Source: an uncultured Alphaproteobacteria bacterium (GTDB lineage: Bacteria > Pseudomonadota > Alphaproteobacteria > Sphingomonadales > Govanellaceae). From it: a stretch of DNA of 64,000 nt. Of this stretch, positions 1 through 9,407 are shown one piece after another. Where the stretch lies: the NCBI GenBank assembly GCA_963746725.1, contig CAVVCF010000007.1, forward strand, positions 169,979 through 233,978, read 5' to 3'. The notes beneath the pieces were generated by a model. That model was given only the letters and a program-made list of their open reading frames with translations, was not told the DNA's origin and made no database searches. How positions within the stretch are numbered: position 1 is the stretch's first letter; every line of letters begins with the position of its first letter. The translations under genes were made by a program, and so were the position numbers.

Positions 1-18
1 GAAGGCCGGTCGCGCCTG

Positions 19-2427
19 GTGGTCAAGATTATGACCCTGCTGTCGTTGCCGTTCTATGTCGTGCTGCTGGTCGCGCTTGACGGCTGGCAAAAGGGCGCGC
101 CCATCGGTCTCGGAACAGCCATTGCCCGTCTCGGCGAGGTCAATTGGCTGCCGTTCTATTACCATTATGAGGGTAACGAGATCTTCACCTTGGTCAGCGC
201 GCTTTCGGTCATCGCGCTCTATCTGCCGGCCGGGGTCGCTGTCTGGGTGCTGAGGGGCATTACGGTGCGCCGCCCCGTCGCCTGGCCAGCTGCTATTCTG
301 GCGGCCATTCTGGCGGCGGCCATTGAATTCGGTGGCTTACTGTTTGCCGGGTTCAGGCCTGACCCCAGCAATATCTGGTTAGCGGCGGCGGGCGGCGCCA
401 TTGGCGGCGCAGGGGGCGCTGCGGTGTGGCGCTGGCTGATGGCGTCACTGATTCGTGCTCCGGCGACCGAGACCGAAATGCCGGGTGCCGGGCGCGGTAT
501 CCGTGACCTTGGCATGCGTCATCTGGCAGCCCTGCTGCTGGGCGCGGCTGCGCTCGTTTTCGTGTTTGCCTTTCCCGAAGGCAATGGCTGGCTGCTTGCC
601 GCCCTGATCGCCTATGCGGTCCTCCTCTGGCGTCAGCCCTCGGCATGGCTGGTTGTGGTGCCGGCGGTGCTGCCGGTGCTCGATTTCTCCGTGCTGACCG
701 GCCGGGATTTTGTCGACAGTTTTGACGCGGTGCTGCTGGTGACGGTCGCGGTCCTGCTGGTGCGCCGGCCGCCACGCTGGTGGGACGTGAAGATTCATGG
801 CGCTGCACCCTGGCTGATTGGGGCCCTCGCGGTTTCCTATCTCGTCAGCGTGCTTTTCGGCCTGTTCCCGTTGCCGCCATTCGACGCCAACTTCTGGACC
901 TCGCCCTGGGCGAGCACACAGACCCTCAAGGTGGCCAAGGGCTTCTTCTGGGCGCTGGCGCTTTATCCGTTTCTGGCCCGCTTTCTCAAAAACGATCCGC
1001 GCGCGTTGTTGCTTCTCGCCTACGGTATAATCGCGGGACTTGCACTGACCGTCGCCGTCGTGGTGTGGGAGCGGTTCCTGTTCACCGGGCTTTTTAGCGT
1101 CGGGGCGAGCGGCTACCGTGTGGTCGGGCCGTTCACCACCATGCGCACCGGCGGCGCTCACATCGATGGCTACCTGGCGACGGCGCTTCCGTTCATTGCC
1201 GTTATGGTGATGGCAAGCCGGGCCCGGATCGCGCGGGTCGCAGCCGCGATTCTGCTGGTTGGCGGGCTTTATGCGGTGTTCGTGACTTTCTCGCGCGGGC
1301 CTTATCTGGCGACCCTGGCGGCTGCGGCCGTGCTTGGCATCGGCATCTGGGTCGCGTCGCGCGGCCGTGAAGGCGGCGTTGTGCGCTTCTTTGCGCTCGG
1401 CGTGGTGGGGCTCGGTCTCGCCGGTGCGGCGGCCGTCCCGTTCCTCAGCGGGTCGTTCCTCGCCAAGCGGTTCGAGACTGTCACCAAGGACAGCGAAATT
1501 CGCTTTACCCATTGGGAAGAAGCGCTCTCGATGATGGACAAGGACGTGGGCGGGCTTCTGTTCGGCATGGGGCCGGGGCGCTTCCCGGCAATTTATAAGG
1601 AGCGCAACCCCGAACCGATGCCGATGGCGACCTTTGCGCTGGGTCAGGATGGCGGGCAGCATTACCTGCGCCTGGTTGGCGGGCGGACAATCTATGTCTC
1701 GCAGTTCGTACGGGTGCGTCCTCACACCTCCTACAGCCTGCGCTTCCGGGCCCGGACCTGGACCGACAACGCCAAGCTGACCGTGCCTATATGCGAAAAG
1801 TGGGTCACCGATTCCTTCGATTGTGCCTGGTCCACCCTGACGCTTGGCAACACGGGCGGGGCGTGGCGCGACTTCAAGAAGACGATCAACACCGGCACGG
1901 TGGCGGCGCCCAAAGGGCGCAGCGGCTGGATCGGGGCGCGGCCGGTCAAGCTCACGCTCTACAATCCGGGAACCGCCAAAGCCGTCGATGTGACGGACAT
2001 TCGGCTTCTGGATCCCGAGGGCCAAAACCGGGTCGACAACGGCGACTTCGTTCATGGCATGGACTTCTGGTACTTCACGGTGGACGATCACCTGCCGTGG
2101 CACGTGAAGAACCTGTTCGTCGGGGTCTGGTTCGATCAGGGGCTGGTGGGGCTGGTGCTGTTCGTGGCACTCTTGGGCGTGGTGGTGGCCCGGCTTCTCG
2201 GCCAGATCCTCAAGGGGGAGCGCTATTCTGCGGTGCTCTTGTCTTCGCTGACCGGCTTTCTGGTTGTCGGCGTTATCGGCAGTCTGTTCGATGTGCCTCG
2301 CCTGACATTGCTGTTCTATCTCCTGCTATTCACCACCCTGATCATGGGGGAGATGATGAGCGGCGACCGGGCTCGATCCGTCAACCGGGGCCGTGACGAC
2401 GCCGGGGCCGCTGAGGATAGTCCCTGA
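19..2427 (+). CDS. Polytopic membrane protein of the O-antigen ligase (Wzy_C) family with a soluble carbohydrate-binding-like insert
   Basis: 802-aa ORF with many hydrophobic helices. The central block ...YAVFVTFSRGPYLATLAAAAVLG... is typical of the Wzy_C loop. A roughly 180-aa non-hydrophobic insert (...VDNGDFVHGMDFWYF...) sits before the last two helices. Start is GTG at 19, with ATG at 31 as an alternative. Confidence 0.7.
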   Translation: MVKIMTLLSLPFYVVLLVALDGWQKGAPIGLGTAIARLGEVNWLPFYYHYEGNEIFTLVSALSVIALYLPAGVAVWVLRGITVRRPVAWPAAILAAILAAAIEFGGLLFAGFRPDPSNIWLAAAGGAIGGAGGAAVWRWLMASLIRAPATETEMPGAGRGIRDLGMRHLAALLLGAAALVFVFAFPEGNGWLLAALIAYAVLLWRQPSAWLVVVPAVLPVLDFSVLTGRDFVDSFDAVLLVTVAVLLVRRPPRWWDVKIHGAAPWLIGALAVSYLVSVLFGLFPLPPFDANFWTSPWASTQTLKVAKGFFWALALYPFLARFLKNDPRALLLLAYGIIAGLALTVAVVVWERFLFTGLFSVGASGYRVVGPFTTMRTGGAHIDGYLATALPFIAVMVMASRARIARVAAAILLVGGLYAVFVTFSRGPYLATLAAAAVLGIGIWVASRGREGGVVRFFALGVVGLGLAGAAAVPFLSGSFLAKRFETVTKDSEIRFTHWEEALSMMDKDVGGLLFGMGPGRFPAIYKERNPEPMPMATFALGQDGGQHYLRLVGGRTIYVSQFVRVRPHTSYSLRFRARTWTDNAKLTVPICEKWVTDSFDCAWSTLTLGNTGGAWRDFKKTINTGTVAAPKGRSGWIGARPVKLTLYNPGTAKAVDVTDIRLLDPEGQNRVDNGDFVHGMDFWYFTVDDHLPWHVKNLFVGVWFDQGLVGLVLFVALLGVVVARLLGQILKGERYSAVLLSSLTGFLVVGVIGSLFDVPRLTLLFYLLLFTTLIMGEMMSGDRARSVNRGRDDAGAAEDSP

Positions 2428-3507
2428 CCCCTCAAACCGATTGCCGGTGATTTCGGCGGGCGCATCGGTATAGTTCCTGATAAAGGTGCCATTCGGCGCC
2501 TGATTGACGAATTCGTTATTGACGACGAGCAGGCGGTTTTCCTTGTGCACAAGATTTTCCGCCCCGTAGCTGACCAGGGTGTAGTTTTCCGCGCGCGGGC
2601 CCTGCTCCAGGTAGTTATCCCTGAGAATGCCGATCCCGCCATCGGACAGATCCACCAGATAACTCGACGCGCCCCTGTCGCCGTCAATGATTTTGTTGCC
2701 GATCAGGATAGTGACGCGGGCGCGGCTTTTGACGTTGTGGCCGCGAACCGCGCCTTCCACCAGACTGTCGGTCACGGTGAGCGAGTTGACCTGACCGACA
2801 TAGATGTTATGGCCCAGCGACTGTGTGCCTTCGACCACATTGTGAATGAAGCGGGAGTTGCGGATGACAACGTCGCTGGCCTGATTGGTGCCCGCAAGAA
2901 TGCCCATCTGATTGTCATGAAAGTCGCAATTGTCGATCACCAGCCCCGCGCCTTCAAGCCGAATTCCTGCGCCGTTTCGGTCAGGCACCCGCGCGCCCGA
3001 GAAGCTGATATTCTCGATATGATAGTTGTTGCCGCGCAGCACCCAGATCGCCTTACTTTGGGCTGAGCGTCCCGCTGCCAGCAGCTGTACCTTGCCTCCC
3101 ACGCCCCGGATGGTGAGGTTGTTGGCGGTCCAGACCGCCACGTCGCCGCGGTAGGTGCCGGCCGCAATCTCCACAATGTCGCCGTCCCGGGCGACTTTGG
3201 CGGCGGCACTTGGCGCCGCATAAAACGTGCCCGGACCCACTTTGAGAACCCGGGCGCCCATGGGGTTTTCCCGGCTCATTGGTTCGGGAGGTGCTGTCTT
3301 GGCCTTGGCCTTGGCTTCGATTTTCGCTTCGGGCCTGGCGGTGGTTTTGGCGCCCGTTGTTTCAAACTCGATCCCGGTCACGTCGTCGACCGCCACCGGC
3401 ACCCGTATGGTGCGCCCGTCTTTCAGGTGAATGAGCACATCGGCCTGGGTGCCTGCGGTTGGCAGTATGGTCAGGCAAACGGAAAGAAGAATGGCAAGGC
3501 GGATCAT
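2326..3507 (-). CDS. Secreted right-handed parallel beta-helix repeat protein (NosD / pectate-lyase fold)
   Basis: Within ORF 2326..3675 the plausible start is the ATG at 3507, which gives the signal peptide MIRLAILLSVCLTILPTAGTQA. Repeated beta-helix turns are visible (...NISFSGARV..., ...IDNCDFHDNQMGILAG..., ...IRNSRFIHN...). Confidence 0.75.
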   Translation of the reverse strand: MIRLAILLSVCLTILPTAGTQADVLIHLKDGRTIRVPVAVDDVTGIEFETTGAKTTARPEAKIEAKAKAKTAPPEPMSRENPMGARVLKVGPGTFYAAPSAAAKVARDGDIVEIAAGTYRGDVAVWTANNLTIRGVGGKVQLLAAGRSAQSKAIWVLRGNNYHIENISFSGARVPDRNGAGIRLEGAGLVIDNCDFHDNQMGILAGTNQASDVVIRNSRFIHNVVEGTQSLGHNIYVGQVNSLTVTDSLVEGAVRGHNVKSRARVTILIGNKIIDGDRGASSYLVDLSDGGIGILRDNYLEQGPRAENYTLVSYGAENLVHKENRLLVVNNEFVNQAPNGTFIRNYTDAPAEITGNRFEGSGTILSGPGVVTAPVDGSSPVAAHHLPHDQGGE

Positions 3508-3529
3508 CAGCCGCTCCGTGGTCCGGGGT

Positions 3530-4465
3530 TTAGCGCGTCGCAGTATAGTACGCCGCGGCCCCGGGATGAACCGGCAATGCCGTGTCAAGCGCGCGCAATT
3601 GGCGTTTGTCGAGGTGTTTAAGGGCCGGATGCGCCGCCCTGAGCGTATCGAGATCGGCGGAAATCGCCGCGACAATGGCCTTCACCAGAGCCGTCGGCAG
3701 GTCCTTGCGCGCCAACAGGAGGGAGGCTTGACCCACCGTGGTGACCCCCTGAGTCTGGCCACGGTAGAGCCCGGCCGGGATCGTCACCCTGGTGTAAACC
3801 AGGTTGGCCTTGGTGAGTTGGGTAATCATCGGCTCCCCGAGCCCCACGAGCCGCGTGTTGCACGAGCGGATGGCTTCCTGCACCATACCGGCGGGCTGGC
3901 CCACCATCAGCATCAGCCCCCGCACCGTTCCGGCGCAGAGCGGCGGCGAGATCAGGTCAGCCTGGGATTTCGAAGGCTTGCGCAGCTTGCGGTCCAGAAT
4001 TTTTGCGATGATAACGGCTGACCCCCGATGGCCGCTTTCAAGACTGCCGCTATAGAGTTTGCGAAACGGCAGGTCGGCGAGGGTGGCCGCCGGATCGTCG
4101 GCGCGCACGATCACCGTCAGGTAATCCTGATGGAGCCGCATGACCTGGACAATGTTCGGAGCCTTTCGGGCCCGCGCCACGTCATTCTGAACGATGGCAA
4201 GGTCTGCCGAGCCATCCATCAGGGCGTCCATGTTTGCACCCGATCCGGCGGTCCGCCAGGCGGCGCAGCGGGTGTTTGGAACGCGGCGGTTGATGATATG
4301 GCAGAGCGCGCGTCCCGCCGGATAGGAAACCCCGGTCAGCGGCCCGGTGGCGATCGTCAGGAATCGTTTGGCCGCCAGCGCCGGAACGCCTGGTATTCCG
4401 ACAACGAGTATAGTTGCGAGCAGGGCGATGCCGCTCAAAGTCCGGATTTTTGTTTGCACTTTCAC
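3530..4465 (-). CDS. TAXI-family TRAP transporter solute-binding protein (no TRAP permease adjacent)
   Basis: 311 aa with a signal peptide. Carries ...LTIATGPLTGVSYPAGRAL... and the C-terminal ...LPVHPGAAAYY... characteristic of TAXI/NMT1-like binding proteins. Confidence 0.75.
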   Translation of the reverse strand: MKVQTKIRTLSGIALLATILVVGIPGVPALAAKRFLTIATGPLTGVSYPAGRALCHIINRRVPNTRCAAWRTAGSGANMDALMDGSADLAIVQNDVARARKAPNIVQVMRLHQDYLTVIVRADDPAATLADLPFRKLYSGSLESGHRGSAVIIAKILDRKLRKPSKSQADLISPPLCAGTVRGLMLMVGQPAGMVQEAIRSCNTRLVGLGEPMITQLTKANLVYTRVTIPAGLYRGQTQGVTTVGQASLLLARKDLPTALVKAIVAAISADLDTLRAAHPALKHLDKRQLRALDTALPVHPGAAAYYTATR

Positions 4466-4581
4466 TCGTTTTGCAACACTCTTTCGATGGAACCCTCATA
4501 TCTGATTGCCGTGTCGTCAAGGAAGAATGGGGTGGAAGCGGCAGTCTCGATAAGGAACAGGTTAGGGGGCGAGGCAGTCGC

Positions 4582-5620
4582 GTGACGGAAAATACAGTTA
4601 GAACCGATGTGGTTATTATCGGGGCGGGCCCGGTTGGGCTGTTCACGATATTTCAGTTTGGTTTGCTTGGTCTCAAGTGTCATGTGATCGACAACCTCGA
4701 TCGGCCCGGCGGGCAGTGCACCCAACTTTACCCGGAAAAACCGATCTACGATATCCCGAGCCGGCCGAAATGCACAGGGCAGGAACTGACCGAGGATCTC
4801 CTGACACAGGCCAAACCATTTGACCCGGTCTTTCATTTTTCCGAACAGGCGGATGGACTGAAGCGCCTTGACGACGGCAGTTGGAGCCTGACCACGACGA
4901 CGGGTCTGGTGTTCGAGGCGCCCATCCTTGTGATCGCCGGGGGCGCCGGAAGTTTCGTGCCCAAGCGGCCGCCGCTCCAGGGGATTGAGGCCTTCGAAGA
5001 GAAATCCGTATTTTACGCGGTGCGGCGGATGGAGGATTTTCGCGGGCGTCGGGTGGTGATCGCCGGCGGGGGTGACTCCGCACTGGACTGGACATTGAGT
5101 TTGGCGCCGATCGCGTCCGAACTGACGTTGATACACCGGCGGGAGGAGTTTCGCGGGGCGCCCGATTTCAGCCGCGCAGATGCATGCCCTGGCGGACGCC
5201 GGCAAGATCCGGCTGGTGACCGGCACCATTCAGCAATTGGAGGGCGAGGACGGCGCATTGCACGCGGTGACCGTCGAGCACAATGCCGATGACCGGGAAG
5301 AGCGCATCGAGGCCGATGCCCTGCTGCCGTTTTTCGGTCTCAAGATTAACCTCGGGCCGATTGCGGAGTGGGGGCTCAATCGGGATCACAACCGGATTCT
5401 GGTCGACCCCGGAACCTTTGCCACCGACCAGCCGGGCATCTACGCGGTCGGCGATATCTGCACCTATCCGGGCAAACTCAAGCTGATCCTGTCGGGCTTC
5501 CACGAAGCAGCAGTGATGGCCCATGCCGCCTTCTCCTATGCCCGGCCGGATGAAAAAATGGTGACCGGCTACACCACCACCAATTCGGAATTGCAGAAGA
5601 GGCTGGGTGTAGCGAGTTAG
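4582..5620 (+). pseudogene. Ferredoxin-NADP+ reductase (thioredoxin-reductase-like type), split by one apparent frameshift
   Basis: GTG at 4582 follows gaggca. VVIIGAGPVGLF (FAD GxGxxG) and VVIAGGGDSALDW (NADP site) lie in the frame of ORF 4414..5292. The C-terminal third (QMHALADAGKIRLV...GIYAVGDICTYPGKLKLILSGFHEAA) lies in the frame of ORF 5180..5620. The junction is at the T-run 5166-5168. Confidence 0.75.
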
Positions 5621-5643
5621 CGCTGGACCCGCGGGAGGAGACG

Positions 5644-6237
5644 ATGCGCAGCCACCACAAAGACGAAGACAGCATGGCCACCGACCGGATGATCTCGGAA
5701 AACCGCGATTTCTTTCGCCAGCGCAGTTTTCATTTGCTGATCTGGGGCGCGCTGTTGTCGGCGCTGTATGGCGTTCAATCCGCGGTTACGCTCGGCTATC
5801 TCCCGCCGGTGTCCGGGCTCGACGGCTGGATCTGGACTATCACCGTTGTGGTGGCGGTGTTGGTGTCCTTCCTGTTTGAGCGATACCACGCCATCAGCCC
5901 GACCAATATCCTCTCCCGCCTTCTCATTCAGCTCTGGATCGGGCTCGGGGTTGCACTGGTCATTGTCGGTTTTCTGGGCGGCGCGACCGCACTTGCGCCG
6001 CATCCCGCTCACTCGGGCGCGCTCGCGGCGATCGTCGGCGTGGGGTTTTTCGTCTCGGCGCTTCTGGTGGCGAGTTTGGGGATCCTGCTCTTGGCGCTGC
6101 TATGGTGGGCCGCCAGCGCCGTGATGTTTTTCCTGGTGGAGCCGGCCGCCATTTTTCTCATGTTCTGTCTGGTGTTTGGCGGGCTTTTTTCTGCCGGGCC
6201 TCGCGCTTTATTCAAGCACCTTCGTCCGGCCCTCTGA
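5644..6237 (+). CDS. Hypothetical integral membrane protein (about 5 TM helices)
   Basis: 197-aa ORF with hydrophobic segments throughout and GC-rich third codon positions. I recognise no family. ATG at 5674 is an alternative start. Confidence 0.55.
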   Translation: MRSHHKDEDSMATDRMISENRDFFRQRSFHLLIWGALLSALYGVQSAVTLGYLPPVSGLDGWIWTITVVVAVLVSFLFERYHAISPTNILSRLLIQLWIGLGVALVIVGFLGGATALAPHPAHSGALAAIVGVGFFVSALLVASLGILLLALLWWAASAVMFFLVEPAAIFLMFCLVFGGLFSAGPRALFKHLRPAL

Positions 6238-6243
6238 AGGTTA

Positions 6244-6279
6244 GGCGAAAAAATCCGCCCCCGGTTGAGGGGCGGGATT
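6244..6279 (-). terminator. Rho-independent terminator downstream of the Tyr-rich protein gene
   Basis: GC-rich hairpin aatccgcccc / ggggcgggatt (one bulge). On the minus strand it is followed by ttttttcgcc. It lies between convergent genes ending at 6237 and 6304. Confidence 0.5.
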
Positions 6280-6303
6280 CTCACTGTTTCAGGTTTTGGC
6301 CGG

Positions 6304-6678
6304 CTATCGTCCGCGCCGGTCATGACTTTGGCTGCCGCCTCGGTCATGACTACGGCTTCCGCTTCGGTTATGATCCCGGTCGTCGCGCCGATCATGACGG
6401 TCGAAGCGGCGATTGTCCCGCCGGTCACCGCGCCAATGGCTCGGAGGCCTCCCGTAATTTCGGGGCACGTAGTAATAATACCGGGGGCCATAATAATAAC
6501 TGTATGGATAATAGGGGTAGCGCCAGTATCCGTAAGGCCCATATGGCGCCGGGCTGTACCAGCCATAGGGACCGAAATCCAGATAGATGCTGGCGGATAC
6601 ACCCTGTGCGGATGCCGAGCTCGCCCCGCCGAGCGCAACGCTTCCGGTTACGATCGCCATCAAAATGAATTTCCTCAT
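6304..6678 (-). CDS. Small secreted low-complexity protein: Tyr/Pro/Gly-rich core plus Arg/Asp/His-rich tail
   Basis: 124 aa. Signal peptide MRKFILMAIVTGSVALGGASSASA, then ...GPYGWYSPAPYGPYGYWRYPYYPYSYYYGPRYYYYVPRNYG..., then ...RGDRRDNRRFDRHDRRDDRDHNRSGSRSHDRGG.... Has its own terminator. Confidence 0.6.
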   Translation of the reverse strand: MRKFILMAIVTGSVALGGASSASAQGVSASIYLDFGPYGWYSPAPYGPYGYWRYPYYPYSYYYGPRYYYYVPRNYGRPPSHWRGDRRDNRRFDRHDRRDDRDHNRSGSRSHDRGGSQSHDRRGR

Positions 6679-6840
6679 CGTCTTCTCCTTGTCCTAATGG
6701 CTCTCGGCAACCTCCGGATACCTCCCTTGACCATTGTGTTACTGAGAGCATGACGATGACATCCTAATAGGTCTAAACTGAACCGGTTGTGAGACCGGCG
6801 TTCATGTGGTGTTAAAGTGGATTTTTCTATATTTTCGGCT

Positions 6841-7266
6841 ATGAAGCGGGGAATGACAACCATAGCCATCGCGATCATTGTCGCGCTCTGTGCGGCCCAG
6901 GCACCGGCGGCCTGGGCGTTCGATCCACCGCGCCATGGTCGCCACTTGGGCGCCGCCGAGCAGCAGTCCAAAGTGAGGCCGCGCGGGCTTTATCCACGCG
7001 ATGAGCGCAGGAAACAAGCGCTTGAGCAGTTGATGCGCCATGACCGGGCCCGCGACGCCGTCAGAGCCGGAAAGATCCAGTCGCTATCCGCCATACGCCA
7101 GCGCGTCAGCCGGCAGTTCCCCGGCCGCATCGTCGGCGTGGAGCTCTATGAAGGCCGCCGAAGCTGGATCTACGATGTGCGGGTGCTGAACAAATCAGGG
7201 AACGTCATTGCCGTTCAAATGGACGCCCGTACGGGCGCGGTGATGGGCGTCAGGGGAAGGCGCTGA
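6841..7266 (+). CDS. PepSY domain-containing periplasmic protein
   Basis: Start is MKRGMTTIAIAIIVALCAAQAPAAWA (signal peptide). The C-terminal part ...IVGVELYEGRRSWIYDVRVLNKSGNVIAVQMDARTGAV... matches the PepSY pattern. It lies directly upstream of the response regulator, a common arrangement. Confidence 0.7.
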   Translation: MKRGMTTIAIAIIVALCAAQAPAAWAFDPPRHGRHLGAAEQQSKVRPRGLYPRDERRKQALEQLMRHDRARDAVRAGKIQSLSAIRQRVSRQFPGRIVGVELYEGRRSWIYDVRVLNKSGNVIAVQMDARTGAVMGVRGRR

Positions 7267-7267
7267 A

Positions 7268-7942
7268 ATGCGGATACTACTGGTTGAAGACGATCCCAAC
7301 CTGTCACGCCAGATCAAGACCGCGCTTGAGGACGCGGATTATGTGGTCGACCATGCGGCGGACGGCGAGGAAGGCCACTATCTCGGCGCCAACGAGGCTT
7401 ACGATACCGTGGTCCTCGACCTCGGGCTGCCGGTGCTCGACGGGCTCAGTGTCCTGGAGCGCTGGCGAGGGGAGGGCGTTGACACGCCGGTGCTGATCCT
7501 CACGGCACGTGACCGGTGGAGCGACAAGGTTGCGGGCCTCGATGCGGGGGCCGACGATTACCTTGCCAAGCCGTTCCAGATGGAGGAACTGCTGGCCCGT
7601 CTGCGTGCGCTGATCCGCCGGGCCGCGGGTCAGGCGTCACCCGAAATCACCTGCGGGCCGGTGGTGCTCAACACCCGCAACGGCCGGGTCACGATGGACG
7701 GCAGCGCGATCAGGCTGACCGCTCAGGAATACAAGCTTCTGGCCTATCTGATGCACCATGCCGGCAAGGTGGTGTCGCGGACCGAGCTTACCGAACATAT
7801 CTATGATCAGGACTTTGACCGCGACTCCAACACCATCGAAGTGTTCGTAAACCGGATCCGGAAGAAAATCCCCGCCGACATAATCAAGACGGTGCGCGGT
7901 CTCGGTTATCGCATCGAAGCCCCCGAGGGTGATGCGGCCTGA
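7268..7942 (+). CDS. OmpR-family two-component response regulator
   Basis: Receiver domain (MRILLVEDD..., DLGLP..., ...LTARD..., ...DDYLAKPF) plus a winged-helix C-terminus (...TVRGLGYRI). Confidence 0.9.
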   Translation: MRILLVEDDPNLSRQIKTALEDADYVVDHAADGEEGHYLGANEAYDTVVLDLGLPVLDGLSVLERWRGEGVDTPVLILTARDRWSDKVAGLDAGADDYLAKPFQMEELLARLRALIRRAAGQASPEITCGPVVLNTRNGRVTMDGSAIRLTAQEYKLLAYLMHHAGKVVSRTELTEHIYDQDFDRDSNTIEVFVNRIRKKIPADIIKTVRGLGYRIEAPEGDAA

Positions 7943-9330
7943 TGGCCGACGGCGCGCAAACGGGCACGGACGACAAGGCGCTGAAAGCCGGCCAGTCGCT
8001 GGCCAGCCGTATGCTGATCGCGGCGGGGGTGTGGCTGGCATTGGCGCTTGCCGTGGGCGGCATACTGTTGTCGGTGTTTTTTCGCGACACCATGGAGCGC
8101 AACTTCGACGCCCGCCTCACCATGCTTCTCGATAACCTGATCGGTGGAGCGACGGTGGATGACGGGGGTATCGTCAGCCTATACCGCTCGATGATGGATC
8201 CCCGCTTCGACCGGCCCTATTCGGGCTGGTACTGGCAGATTTCCGGGCCCGGCAAGTCGCCCTTTCGCTCCCGCTCGCTATGGGACCAGGAACTCGACAT
8301 CGGGAAGGCGCACTCTCAGCTCAAGGCCCGGGTGTTCGAGACTGCCGGGCCCGAAGGCCAGGTTTTGCGGGTGATCGAACGCGATATCAGTTTGCCGGGC
8401 TCCAACCAGGTTTATCATTTTGCTGTCGCCGGCGACGTCTCCGAGCTCAAGGACCAGATTTCGGATTTCAACCGGACGCTTGCGTGGTGGCTGACGGCGC
8501 TCGGCGGAATCCTGCTTTTGGCGATGGCGATTCAGGTGCGATTCGGCCTGCGCCCGCTCAGGCAAATCAGCGCGGCGCTTGGCGCGATCCGGTCGGGCCG
8601 GACGCGCCGGCTCGAGGGCAGCTTTCCCAATGAAATCGAGCCTCTCGCCCGGGAACTCAACGCGCTTCTCGATCATAACGAAGCGGTGGTGACGCGGGCG
8701 CGTGAACATGTGGGCAACCTTGCCCACGCGCTCAAGACGCCGCTCAGCGTGCTGGGTAACGAGGCGCAAGCGAACGAAAGCCCGCTTGCCCGGCTGGTTA
8801 CCGAGCAGACAACTAATATGAGCCGCCACATCGATCACCATCTGACTCGGGCGCGGGCGGCGGGCCGTGGTGGCGTGATTGGCGCCCGCACGGCGGTGGC
8901 CCCGGCCGTGCGTGATCTGGTGCGCGTGATGGAGCGTTTGCATCCCGATCGTGAGCTCAGCTTTGACGTGTCCACCGTGCGGGACGACATTGCGTTCAGG
9001 GGGGAACGCCAGGACCTCGACGATATGCTTGGCAATCTCCTGGACAACGCCAGCAAATGGGCGCGCGCCAGGGTGCGCGTGACGGTTACCGGCGACGGCG
9101 ACAACCTCAGGGTTGTTGTCGAGGATGATGGCGAGGGGATTTCCGAAGAGGTCCGGGACCAGGTCTTCGAACGCGGCGAGCGGCTTGACGAGTCGGTGCC
9201 GGGCAGCGGTCTCGGACTCGCCATTGTCAAGGATCTGGCCGAAATCTGCGGCGGAGCGGTCACACTTGACCGCTCCGACCTCGGCGGCCTGAAGGCGATT
9301 TTGCGCCTTCCCCGCGCCCCGGTTTCCTGA
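7942..9330 (+). CDS. Sensor histidine kinase (2 TM, HAMP, HisKA, HATPase_c)
   Basis: H-box ...HVGNLAHALKTPLSVL..., N-box ...LGNLLDNASKWA..., G-boxes ...EDDGEGI... and ...GSGLGLAIV.... The start overlaps the regulator's stop codon. Confidence 0.9.
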   Translation: MADGAQTGTDDKALKAGQSLASRMLIAAGVWLALALAVGGILLSVFFRDTMERNFDARLTMLLDNLIGGATVDDGGIVSLYRSMMDPRFDRPYSGWYWQISGPGKSPFRSRSLWDQELDIGKAHSQLKARVFETAGPEGQVLRVIERDISLPGSNQVYHFAVAGDVSELKDQISDFNRTLAWWLTALGGILLLAMAIQVRFGLRPLRQISAALGAIRSGRTRRLEGSFPNEIEPLARELNALLDHNEAVVTRAREHVGNLAHALKTPLSVLGNEAQANESPLARLVTEQTTNMSRHIDHHLTRARAAGRGGVIGARTAVAPAVRDLVRVMERLHPDRELSFDVSTVRDDIAFRGERQDLDDMLGNLLDNASKWARARVRVTVTGDGDNLRVVVEDDGEGISEEVRDQVFERGERLDESVPGSGLGLAIVKDLAEICGGAVTLDRSDLGGLKAILRLPRAPVS

Positions 9331-9407
9331 ACCCGTCATTCATCCGCGGTTCAGGCGCCATCGATAATAATCGGGGTCATGATCACTGAGCTGGCGGAGG
9401 ACAGCAC

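Noticed and set aside
445-2103. 552-aa minus-strand ORF, and similar long ORFs opposite real genes: 8278..9339, 15339..16913, 16926..18125, 22883..24040 (+), 29875..31731, 31807..33159, 33047..33970, 41684..42826, 42648..43664 and 50578..51969 (+).
   Set aside because: These are Arg/Pro/Gly/His-rich translations with no recognisable motifs. Each lies antisense to a gene with clear family signatures. They are typical shadow ORFs of high-GC DNA.
2326-2427. 102-nt overlap of the convergent 3' ends of the Wzy-like gene and the beta-helix gene.
   Set aside because: It is long but not impossible for convergent genes. I found no alternative frame giving a better C-terminus for either gene, so I cannot argue for a frameshift or any special function.
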